Assembly: GCA_964447315.1 (NCBI GenBank)
Contig: CAYURQ010000003.1
Span: forward strand, 10,078 to 74,077
Length of the DNA stretch: 64,000 nt
From: Candidatus Woesearchaeota archaeon
GTDB lineage: Archaea > Nanobdellota > Nanobdellia > Pacearchaeales > GW2011-AR1
Direction of reading: 5' to 3'
Shown: positions 17,636-25,678 of the stretch, one piece after another
Layout of the letters: every line of letters starts with the position of its first letter
Position numbering within the stretch: the stretch's first letter is position 1
Made by a program: the position numbers and the translations under genes
Notes under the pieces: model-generated
What the model saw: the letters and a program-made list of their open reading frames with translations, nothing else
Databases searched by the model: none
Told to the model about the DNA's origin: nothing

Positions 17636-20600
17636 ATGATTTTTAATAGAAGTTTAACTAATGAAGAAGTTAATAATTTATATAATGCAACAGATATTTA
17701 TTTTGAACAGCAAAAATCAAATCTTGAAGAAGGAACTTACAATTATTCAGTATATGCAAATGATAGAGGAGGAAATATGGAAATTCTTTCGAGAAATTTG
17801 ACTGTTGATAGAACTAATCCTGTTTTAATTTTTGTTGAACCAACTCCTGAAGAAGGAGGGGGAACAGATGGAAATTTACAATTTAATGTGAGTATTTTAG
17901 ATGAACAAGGATTTTCAATATGGTTTGAAGATAATAATTCTTTGCTTGGTTATTGGAGTTTTGATTATTATAATGAAACAGGAATTTTTGATAATTCAAG
18001 TTCTGAATTATTTGGAATGGCAGAATTTCAAAATGGAGTTGGATTGAATAATCTAACTAAAGGTAAAAGAGGATATGGTTTAGAGTTTGATGGAGATGAT
18101 GACTATCTTAATATTAGTGAGATAAGTGACTTTGATTTAGGAAATGAAACTAGCTTTACTGTTACTGCTTGGGCTTGGGATAAAGATCCTGGTGGAGGAA
18201 ATACTTGGATGAATATTGTTGAAAAGGGAAATTCTAGGGCAATTTATGGTTCAAGTGATTATGGAGCTGGTTTTGGATTTGGAAGATATAGTTCTACTGC
18301 AAATAGGTTTGCTTTTGGAATAAGTGATGGAAATAATGGTGGTTATTTTTCTTCTAATACTCTTTCATCTGGATATCATTTTTTAACAATGGTGGTTGAT
18401 AGAAATTCTGATTTAATGTATGGTTATGTTGATGGGGTTTTAGCAGATAGTTTAGATATTTCTTCTTATGGAGAAATTTCAAGTCCTGGAGAGCCTTTGA
18501 GAATTGGTTATGGTAATTTTAATTGGAATGGTTCAGTAGATGAAGTTATGATTTTTAACAGAAGTTTAACATTACAAGAAATCCAGGATTTATACAATGC
18601 AACAAGCTCTCAGTTTTTTGAAAGAACATATTCTAATGTGGATGCGGGTTATCATAATTATTCTGTAGGAGTTGTTGATAGAGCAGGAAACTTTGTAAGG
18701 TATTATAGGGGATTTGATGTTGATGATACTTTGCCTGAATATGAAATTGTTGACCCTAGTCCAGGAAATGCAACTTATACTGGAGATTTTGTCATAAATG
18801 TAAGTGTTAGTGAAGAACATTTAAACAATGTTACTTTTGATTGGAATGGAACAAATTATAGTTTGAATATAACAGATGATTATGCAAGAAATACCATCCA
18901 ATACACAAACATTTCAATTAATGCTACTAGAGTTGATAATTCAACAAATCTTTGGGAGGTCTTATTTGAAAATATTTATCTTGGAATAGGCCAAAGTTAT
19001 TGGTATAGAATGTTCTTTAAAGACAAGGGGGGTAATCAAAACTCAACCTCTCTTAGAGTTATTTATGGTAATAACCCCCCTGTTTTTAAGTTTGTAAATC
19101 AATTTCCTAATTTAAGTATAGAAGTTGATCCAAATATTACAATTAATATTACAACTAATGTTACTGATTCTGATTCTGATATTAGTATTGTTATTCTTCA
19201 ATGGAAAAAATGGGGAGAGAGTTATTCAAATATTACTATGGTAAATTATTCTGGAACAGAAAAATCTCAGCTTTTATGGATGAACTTTACTCCAACTCAA
19301 GAAGGAATTTATAATTATAGAATATTTGCAAATGATTCATATGGGGTTGAAAATTATTCTTCAGAATATAATGTTTCTGTTTATTGGGATTGTTCTTGGA
19401 CTGTTAATTCCAGTTTTGATGCTTTAGCAGGTTATAATGAAAATAAAAAAGTTGGAGTTTTAATTATTAATAATACTGGAGATAGTGAATATGCAACAAG
19501 TAGTTGTAGTTTAAACTTTAGGACTACATATAATTTAGTTGAAGGAAAAGTTTATTTTAATAATTATTACTTTAAAGATCAAACTTTTTTAGGAGTTGGA
19601 GCAGGGCAAACAGAAAGTATTTTAGTTAATTTTAGTTATGGTTCTGAAATAGCTCAAGATAATTTAATTATAACAACAACAGAGATAGGAGGAATATCAA
19701 ACAATAATACAATTAATACTACCTCTACATTAATAACTCTTAGGGATGGTCCTTATTTATATAATGAAATTACAACCTATCCTAGTAGTGTTTATTTAAT
19801 ATCTGACACTTTTATTTTAGATGGATATTTAAGAAATTTGATGGGTAGTGTAATTCCAAATGCAACAAATACTGCATATAATGTAAGTTCTTATTGGAGT
19901 TTGCCTAGTGGTTTTTCAGGAAATGCTTCTACTTTGGAATATGAAAATATAAGTGATAATGTTGTTAGAAATAATATTAATGTAATTTCTTTTAGTGATT
20001 TAGCGAGCATGACTCCTGGTTCTAAAACATTTACATTGTATTCTACTGGAGTTAATAATACTTCAGGAACAATAAAAGATGCTTCTGGAAACAGTGTTAT
20101 TAGTGATAGTGTAAGTATTAATTTTTTATGTTACTCAGTAAGTGATGGTTTTTGTGTTGAAGAATGTGGGAATTCTCAGGATCCTGATTGTCCTATTGAA
20201 ACAAGTGAGGTTGTTGTTGAAGTAAGTGGAGGAGGTGGTGGCGGAAGTTCTGGAGTAGGAAATACTGGTATTAGAGAAATTTCAGAAGAGAGATTTGAAC
20301 TTGTTATTGGAGAAAAACAAGAATTTCCTTTAATTATTGAAAATAAATTTACTGTTCCTAAAGAAGATATAATTATTGAAGCAAGCAATATTGATAGAAC
20401 AGAAATTAAAATAAATCCTTCAAAAATATCAAGGATTGATCCTAAATCTGAAAGAGAAATAAAAGTTATTTTATCAAGTAAAAAATATTTAACTCAAGGA
20501 ACTTATGATATTATTTTTACTATAAGCGGAGTTGTTAATGATAATGGAAAAAAGAGGAGCTTTACTGAAAAGAAAACAATGCAATTATATTTAATTGAAA

Positions 20601-21712
20601 TTCCAAGAGGGGAAGCAGAGTCTTTGATTAATGAAAGTATTAAAATAATTGAAAAAATGAAACAAAGTAATTTTTCAACTAAAGATGTGCAGGAATATCT
20701 CAATGAAATGAATTCCAGTTTAAATATTTTGGATTTTGGAGGCGTTGAAGAAAATTATCAGCAATTAAATGAATTATATGAAGTTGCTGAAAATTCAAAT
20801 AAATTAATTGAAGAACTTGGATTAAGCATTTCTAATTCAGAATATAAAGGTATTGAAGTTATTGAAGCAAAGAAAACTTTTTTAGTTGCTAAGAAGGCAT
20901 TTCAAAGAGGAGATTATCATATGGCTTATCAAAAAGTAAAAGAAGCTCAATTAACATATGCATTAGAAACCAAAGGAAAGTTTAATATTTTAAGATATGT
21001 TAAAAATCATCCATTTAATTCATTGATGTTTGTTTGGATATTTTTTACAATTTTCTTGGCTATTTTTATTTCTTCTAAATATGTTATTTATAAAAATAAA
21101 ATTAGAAATTTAAATTCAGAAGAAATATTGCTTTTAGATTTAATGAAAGTTGTTCAAAAACAATGTTTTGAGGAAAATAAACTTTCAATGGGACAATACG
21201 GAGAAGCAGTAGCACAATATGAAAATAAGTTAAGCAAGGCTGTTCAGAGAAGAGTTAATTATGAATCTAGGCTTGCAAATTTATTTAATATTAGAGGAAC
21301 AAAAAAAGCATTGAATTTAGAAAGAAAGAGACTTATTGAGTTAATTAAAGATATTCAAGAGGATTATATGCTTAAGGGGAAACTTGAGACTAGAATTTAT
21401 GAAGGTATGTTAAAAAGCTACTCTACTAGATTAACTGAAGTTGAAGAGGGCCTTGTATTTTTTGAGGCTCGTAAAGCACTTAGAGGAAAAGGATTTTTTA
21501 GTGCTTTATTTATTCAAGGAAATAAACAAGATAAAATAAATAAAGAAAAAATAAAAAGCGAAAAAGATATTATAACACAAAAAGAAAATAAACCTAAAAA
21601 TTCTTTTAATAAAAAGAAAAAACTAGAAAAAAGAGATATAAGAAAATTAAAAAAAAAAGCAAAACAAGAATATAAAAAAAGACTAAAACAAAAAAAAAAA
21701 CAAATTAAATAA
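17636..21712 (+). CDS. Giant surface protein, C-terminal part: last LamG modules, Ig-like region, poly-Gly linker, helical stalk, TM anchor, coiled-coil and poly-Lys tail
   Basis: The frame is open from 17474 (54 codons before the first ATG) and continues the interrupted LamG module. 'SGGGGGGSSG' near 20229. TM 'LMFVWIFFTIFLAIFISS' near 21022-21085. K-rich end. Confidence 0.8.
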   Translation: MIFNRSLTNEEVNNLYNATDIYFEQQKSNLEEGTYNYSVYANDRGGNMEILSRNLTVDRTNPVLIFVEPTPEEGGGTDGNLQFNVSILDEQGFSIWFEDNNSLLGYWSFDYYNETGIFDNSSSELFGMAEFQNGVGLNNLTKGKRGYGLEFDGDDDYLNISEISDFDLGNETSFTVTAWAWDKDPGGGNTWMNIVEKGNSRAIYGSSDYGAGFGFGRYSSTANRFAFGISDGNNGGYFSSNTLSSGYHFLTMVVDRNSDLMYGYVDGVLADSLDISSYGEISSPGEPLRIGYGNFNWNGSVDEVMIFNRSLTLQEIQDLYNATSSQFFERTYSNVDAGYHNYSVGVVDRAGNFVRYYRGFDVDDTLPEYEIVDPSPGNATYTGDFVINVSVSEEHLNNVTFDWNGTNYSLNITDDYARNTIQYTNISINATRVDNSTNLWEVLFENIYLGIGQSYWYRMFFKDKGGNQNSTSLRVIYGNNPPVFKFVNQFPNLSIEVDPNITINITTNVTDSDSDISIVILQWKKWGESYSNITMVNYSGTEKSQLLWMNFTPTQEGIYNYRIFANDSYGVENYSSEYNVSVYWDCSWTVNSSFDALAGYNENKKVGVLIINNTGDSEYATSSCSLNFRTTYNLVEGKVYFNNYYFKDQTFLGVGAGQTESILVNFSYGSEIAQDNLIITTTEIGGISNNNTINTTSTLITLRDGPYLYNEITTYPSSVYLISDTFILDGYLRNLMGSVIPNATNTAYNVSSYWSLPSGFSGNASTLEYENISDNVVRNNINVISFSDLASMTPGSKTFTLYSTGVNNTSGTIKDASGNSVISDSVSINFLCYSVSDGFCVEECGNSQDPDCPIETSEVVVEVSGGGGGGSSGVGNTGIREISEERFELVIGEKQEFPLIIENKFTVPKEDIIIEASNIDRTEIKINPSKISRIDPKSEREIKVILSSKKYLTQGTYDIIFTISGVVNDNGKKRSFTEKKTMQLYLIEIPRGEAESLINESIKIIEKMKQSNFSTKDVQEYLNEMNSSLNILDFGGVEENYQQLNELYEVAENSNKLIEELGLSISNSEYKGIEVIEAKKTFLVAKKAFQRGDYHMAYQKVKEAQLTYALETKGKFNILRYVKNHPFNSLMFVWIFFTIFLAIFISSKYVIYKNKIRNLNSEEILLLDLMKVVQKQCFEENKLSMGQYGEAVAQYENKLSKAVQRRVNYESRLANLFNIRGTKKALNLERKRLIELIKDIQEDYMLKGKLETRIYEGMLKSYSTRLTEVEEGLVFFEARKALRGKGFFSALFIQGNKQDKINKEKIKSEKDIITQKENKPKNSFNKKKKLEKRDIRKLKKKAKQEYKKRLKQKKKQIK

Positions 21713-21746
21713 TTTAAAAAAGAAATGCAAAAAAAAGAGGTTAAAA

Positions 21747-22829
21747 ATGATAAAAAATAAATTTAATTTTTTTACTTTTGTATATTTAATATTATTGTTT
21801 GGGGTATTCTCTTCTGCTGCTAATGTTAATTGGACTGAGCAAATAATGGCTAACGAATGTTTAAATGAGTCTCAAAAAATTATTTATGAAATGAACAATT
21901 CTGAAATACCAACTTTAAGGGTTATTGATTTGTATGAAACAATTAGAGATTCATATGATTCTCAAATGGTTCTTATTAATAGAGATACTGGTGCGAATTT
22001 TGATTTTATTATTAGAAATTGTGAGAATTTAAAGGAAATTGAAAGACTTGCTTTTTTAAGTAAGGATTTAATTGGAGGTTTAGAGGATTTTTATTCTGAA
22101 TTTTATGATGATATTTCTGATAGAACTGAAATTGGATTAAAATTTGATGAAATTTATCAAGAGTTTAATAATGAAAGATATGAGGAAATAGAGGATTTAG
22201 TTGATGAAGCATATGATTTAATTATTGAAGCTAAAACAAGTGAAACTGCTGTAAAGGTTTTTTATCAATCAACTACAAGAGGAATTAAAAATTTTATCTT
22301 TAATAATTATAAAATAATAATTTTTGTTGTGCTTATTTTATTTATTTTATTTTTAATATTTAGAAAATTATTAATTAAAATTTCTTTAAATGTTAAAAGT
22401 AAAAGACTTAAATTAAGAAAAGAAGTTTTAATGAATTTAATCAAAGAAGCTCAAAATAAATATTTTGAAAAAGGAGATATTTCAAAGGAGATTTATGAAA
22501 TTAGAGTTAGTAAATTTTCTGATTTAATAAGAGATATTGAAAGTGAAGAATTAAATATTAGAGAAGCTATTCTTAGAAATAAAAGAAAAAATAAGAATTA
22601 TAGTGATGAGTTGCTAATTAAAAATAAAAAATACCATAAAAAATTAAATAGAAAAAGAAAAAGGGCAGAGAGAAGAAAATTTAGAAAAAAAATAAAAGAA
22701 AAGAGAAAAAAACTTATATTAGAAAAAAAGAGAAAAAATAGCAAGAGAAAATTAATTAATAGAAAACAAAAAAATAAATCTAAAATAAAAAAAAGAGCTA
22801 AAACAAAAAAGAAAAAACATAAAAACTAA
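21747..22829 (+). CDS. Membrane protein paralogous to the stalk/TM/cytoplasmic tail of the upstream giant protein
   Basis: Signal peptide, helical ectodomain ('CLNESQKIIYEMNNS' vs 'LINESIKIIEKMKQS'), one TM, 'LMNLIKEAQNKYFEKGDISKEIYE' (vs 'LLDLMKVVQKQCFEENKLSMGQYG'), and a poly-Lys tail. Confidence 0.7.
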   Translation: MIKNKFNFFTFVYLILLFGVFSSAANVNWTEQIMANECLNESQKIIYEMNNSEIPTLRVIDLYETIRDSYDSQMVLINRDTGANFDFIIRNCENLKEIERLAFLSKDLIGGLEDFYSEFYDDISDRTEIGLKFDEIYQEFNNERYEEIEDLVDEAYDLIIEAKTSETAVKVFYQSTTRGIKNFIFNNYKIIIFVVLILFILFLIFRKLLIKISLNVKSKRLKLRKEVLMNLIKEAQNKYFEKGDISKEIYEIRVSKFSDLIRDIESEELNIREAILRNKRKNKNYSDELLIKNKKYHKKLNRKRKRAERRKFRKKIKEKRKKLILEKKRKNSKRKLINRKQKNKSKIKKRAKTKKKKHKN

Positions 22830-22857
22830 TGTTACTATTTAAGTTAATAAAAAACTG

Positions 22858-23754
22858 GTGAAAAATAAACCTTTTGAAAAGGTTTTCAAAAAAATGAAAA
22901 ATAAATCAAAGAAAAAGTCTTTAATTAAAAAAAAGAAAATTTCTGTTAAACAAGGAAGCACATCTCATAAAGATAATTCCAAGAAATTTGAAAAAGAAAT
23001 AGAATATATTAAGTTGAACGTCCCTGGTTTTGATAAATTATGCCCCCAAGGAGTTCCAGCTGGTAATTCAATATTAGTAGAAGGAAGTCCTGGAAGTGGC
23101 AAAACTATTTTTTGCTTAAATGTTTTGAAACAAATGTGTGAAAAAGGAAAAAAGGTTTTGTTTATGAGTTTTGAAGAACCAGAACATAGATTAAGGGCTC
23201 ACTTAAAGACTTTTGGAATTGACTCTGAGAAATATGAAAAAAAAGGAATTTTACATATTAAACGATTTAATGCTTTGGATATTTCAAGAAGTGTTGAGGC
23301 TTTGCTTTCTGAAGCTAAAAAAGAATTACTTATTGATGTTCAACCTGTACTTATTCCTCCTGGGTTTAGTCCAGATATTGTTTTAATTGATTCATTGACA
23401 AGTATTGGCTCTGCTTTTTCTGGAGAGGAAAATAGATTTAGAATTTATATGGAACAATTGTTTAGGTATTTAGAAGGGCATAATATAACTAGTTTTTTAA
23501 TTAGAGAAACTGTTACTCCTGGACATACTGGAACTGCTGCTGCAAGCCAGGGAGATGCTGTTAGTTTTTTATCAGATGGAATTATTGTTATTTATAATTT
23601 ATTTTATAGAAATGGTCCTAGGAAGAGAGCATTTGAAATTCTTAAGATGAGGGGTTCTAATATTCAAAGAAGAATTGTTGAATGTGATATTAAAGATAAA
23701 AAAGGTATTGTTATTTCTAATAAAATGATTTCTGGTAATTATACACTTGCATAA
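22858..23754 (+). CDS. KaiC-like RecA-superfamily ATPase with Lys-rich N-terminal extension
   Basis: 'GVPAGNSILVEGSPGSGKTIFCLN' (Walker A), 'FMSFEEPEH', 'DIVLIDSLTS' (Walker B). GTG start at 22858 or ATG at 22894. Confidence 0.75.
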   Translation: MKNKPFEKVFKKMKNKSKKKSLIKKKKISVKQGSTSHKDNSKKFEKEIEYIKLNVPGFDKLCPQGVPAGNSILVEGSPGSGKTIFCLNVLKQMCEKGKKVLFMSFEEPEHRLRAHLKTFGIDSEKYEKKGILHIKRFNALDISRSVEALLSEAKKELLIDVQPVLIPPGFSPDIVLIDSLTSIGSAFSGEENRFRIYMEQLFRYLEGHNITSFLIRETVTPGHTGTAAASQGDAVSFLSDGIIVIYNLFYRNGPRKRAFEILKMRGSNIQRRIVECDIKDKKGIVISNKMISGNYTLA

Positions 23755-23816
23755 AAAATTTAATTATTATTTTAAAATTCATAAATGCTTATAAATAGGG
23801 TTGGTTTTGGTTTTTA

Positions 23817-24818
23817 ATGGTTGAGGATAAAGAAGAAAAGAAATCAAGTAAAAAAGAGGCAAAAGAAGAAAAAGAACCAGAATTAATGGATTTGCCAGGA
23901 ATAGGTCCTGCTGTTGCTACTAAATTAGAAAATGCAGGAATTTTAGATTTGATGTCCTTGGCTGTTTCAAGTCCTGCAATTATTTCAGATGCTGCGGGAG
24001 TTAGTGCTGCTGTTGCACGTAAGGCAATTCAAGCAGCTCGTGAAATGCTTGATTTGGGATTTCAAGATGGGACTGAATTTGCTAAAAAAAGAGAAAATGT
24101 TTTTTATATAACTTCTGGAAGTCAAAATTTAAATGACCTTCTGGGTGGAAGAGGAATAGAATCCAGAGCTATTACTGAGGCCTTTGGGGCCTATGGTTCT
24201 GGTAAAACTCAGGTTGGCTCTACACTTGCTGTTAATGTTCAATTGCCTTTGGAAAAAGGAGGAGCAAATGGAAAATGTGTTTTTATTGATACAGAAGGAA
24301 CATTTAGGCCTGCAAGAATAAGACAAATTGCAGAAGCAAAAGGAGCAAATTCTGAAAAAGTTCTTAAGAATATTTTTGTTGCTAGAGCTTTTAATTCTGA
24401 CCATCAAATGTTACTTTTAGAAAAAGTACAGGAAATGATAAAAAATGGTGAACCAATTAAATTAGTTATTATTGATTCATTAACAGCACACTTTAGAGCA
24501 GAATTTTCTGGTAGAGGGCAACTTGCAGACCGTCAACAAAAACTTAATAGGTATATGCATGATTTAATGAAATTAGCAGAAACTTACAACCTTGCAGTTT
24601 ATGTAACAAACCAAGTTATGGCTAATCCAGCACAATTGTTTGGAGATCCTACAACTGCTATTGGAGGAAATATCGTTGGACATGCTAGCACTTATAGAAT
24701 GTATTTGAGACGTGGAAAGCAGGGAAGTAGAGTTGCAAAATTAATTGATAGTCCTAACTTGCCTGATAATGAAGCTGTTTATTTTGTAACAGATTTTGGC
24801 ATTGTTGATAAAGCTTAA
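23817..24818 (+). CDS. radA: DNA repair and recombination protein RadA
   Basis: HhH N-terminus 'LMDLPGIGPAVATKLENAGI', Walker A 'GAYGSGKTQ', 'LVIIDSLTAHFRAEF', 333 aa. Confidence 0.95.
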   Translation: MVEDKEEKKSSKKEAKEEKEPELMDLPGIGPAVATKLENAGILDLMSLAVSSPAIISDAAGVSAAVARKAIQAAREMLDLGFQDGTEFAKKRENVFYITSGSQNLNDLLGGRGIESRAITEAFGAYGSGKTQVGSTLAVNVQLPLEKGGANGKCVFIDTEGTFRPARIRQIAEAKGANSEKVLKNIFVARAFNSDHQMLLLEKVQEMIKNGEPIKLVIIDSLTAHFRAEFSGRGQLADRQQKLNRYMHDLMKLAETYNLAVYVTNQVMANPAQLFGDPTTAIGGNIVGHASTYRMYLRRGKQGSRVAKLIDSPNLPDNEAVYFVTDFGIVDKA

Positions 24819-24819
24819 A

Positions 24820-25125
24820 ATGGAAAAATCAAAAGAAGTATATTTTTATTATACTCCAAAAAATCCTAGTAAAAGAATGAGGATTGAGTTTGGTTTTGAA
24901 CACTTTAATAATTATACTTTCAGAGAAGAATATTTTTTAAAAGGAATTTTTTTACCAGAAAAAATATTTGAAATTCCAGAAAAAGGATATTATAAATTCA
25001 ATAAATCAGATATTAAAAATATTAAAGGAGAATTTTTTGAGTTTCCTTCTGAAGATAAAATAAATCTTGAATGGTTTATTGATTTAGGAGATGTTCCAGC
25101 AGAAGAAAATGTTCAATATTCTTAA
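24820..25125 (+). CDS. Hypothetical protein
   Basis: ORF with an ATG 1 nt after the radA stop (track start 24796 overlaps radA). No recognised motif. Confidence 0.45.
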   Translation: MEKSKEVYFYYTPKNPSKRMRIEFGFEHFNNYTFREEYFLKGIFLPEKIFEIPEKGYYKFNKSDIKNIKGEFFEFPSEDKINLEWFIDLGDVPAEENVQYS

Positions 25126-25131
25126 TTAAAA

Positions 25132-25623
25132 TTATAGTAAAAAATCTTGGACTGTTTTGTAATTATGCATTTCTTTTTTAGAGAACCATAGTTTCACTTC
25201 ATTTTCTGAATCTTCTTTATTTCCAGAAGCATGAATCAAATTTTTTACTGGAAGGTTATTTTTATCTGCATGCGCAAAACTTACATGGGCAAAATCTCCC
25301 CGAATTGTTCCTGGGGGTGAAGATTTTGGTTCTGTTCCTCCAACAATTTTTCTTGTATTTTCAATTGCATTAATTCCTTGAAGAACCATTGCAATTACTG
25401 GTCCTTCTGTTATATAATTTAAAAGCATTTCTCTTACTTTTTCACCTCTACGTTCTGCAATATCTTGTGTATAATGTTTTTTTGCAAATTCTTTGTCTAC
25501 CCAAACTTGTTTCATTGCAATTATTTTTAATCCAGCATCTTCAAATCTTGTAATTATTTTTCCAACTAAATGTCTTTGAACTCCCTCTGGTTTTATTAAA
25601 ACTAATGTTTTTTCCATTTCCAT
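25132..25623 (-). CDS. ndk: Nucleoside diphosphate kinase
   Basis: 'LVLIKPEGVQRHLVGKIITRFEDAGLKIIAMK', 'GTIRGDFA', 'NLIHASG'. Confidence 0.9.
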   Translation of the reverse strand: MEMEKTLVLIKPEGVQRHLVGKIITRFEDAGLKIIAMKQVWVDKEFAKKHYTQDIAERRGEKVREMLLNYITEGPVIAMVLQGINAIENTRKIVGGTEPKSSPPGTIRGDFAHVSFAHADKNNLPVKNLIHASGNKEDSENEVKLWFSKKEMHNYKTVQDFLL

Positions 25624-25678
25624 GTTTTTTATTTTACAATAGACTTTAAAAAGTTTTGTTTATTGTTTTTTATATAAA

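Larger units (their letters stand above)
13466..18620 (+). repeat. Six intragenic tandem modules (about 850-915 bp each) encoding LamG domains
   Basis: Recurrent DNA strings such as 'tttttgataattcaagttatg' near 13715, 14583, 16281, 17150 and 17988. 'attgatgaagt' motifs near 14215, 15062, 15912, 16775, 17625 and 18537. Confidence 0.8.

Noticed and set aside
13466-21712. Diversity-generating retroelement targeting the repeated LamG modules
   Set aside because: The window contains no reverse transcriptase ORF and no template/variable repeat pair with adenine-specific mismatches. The repeats are ordinary diverged tandem modules.
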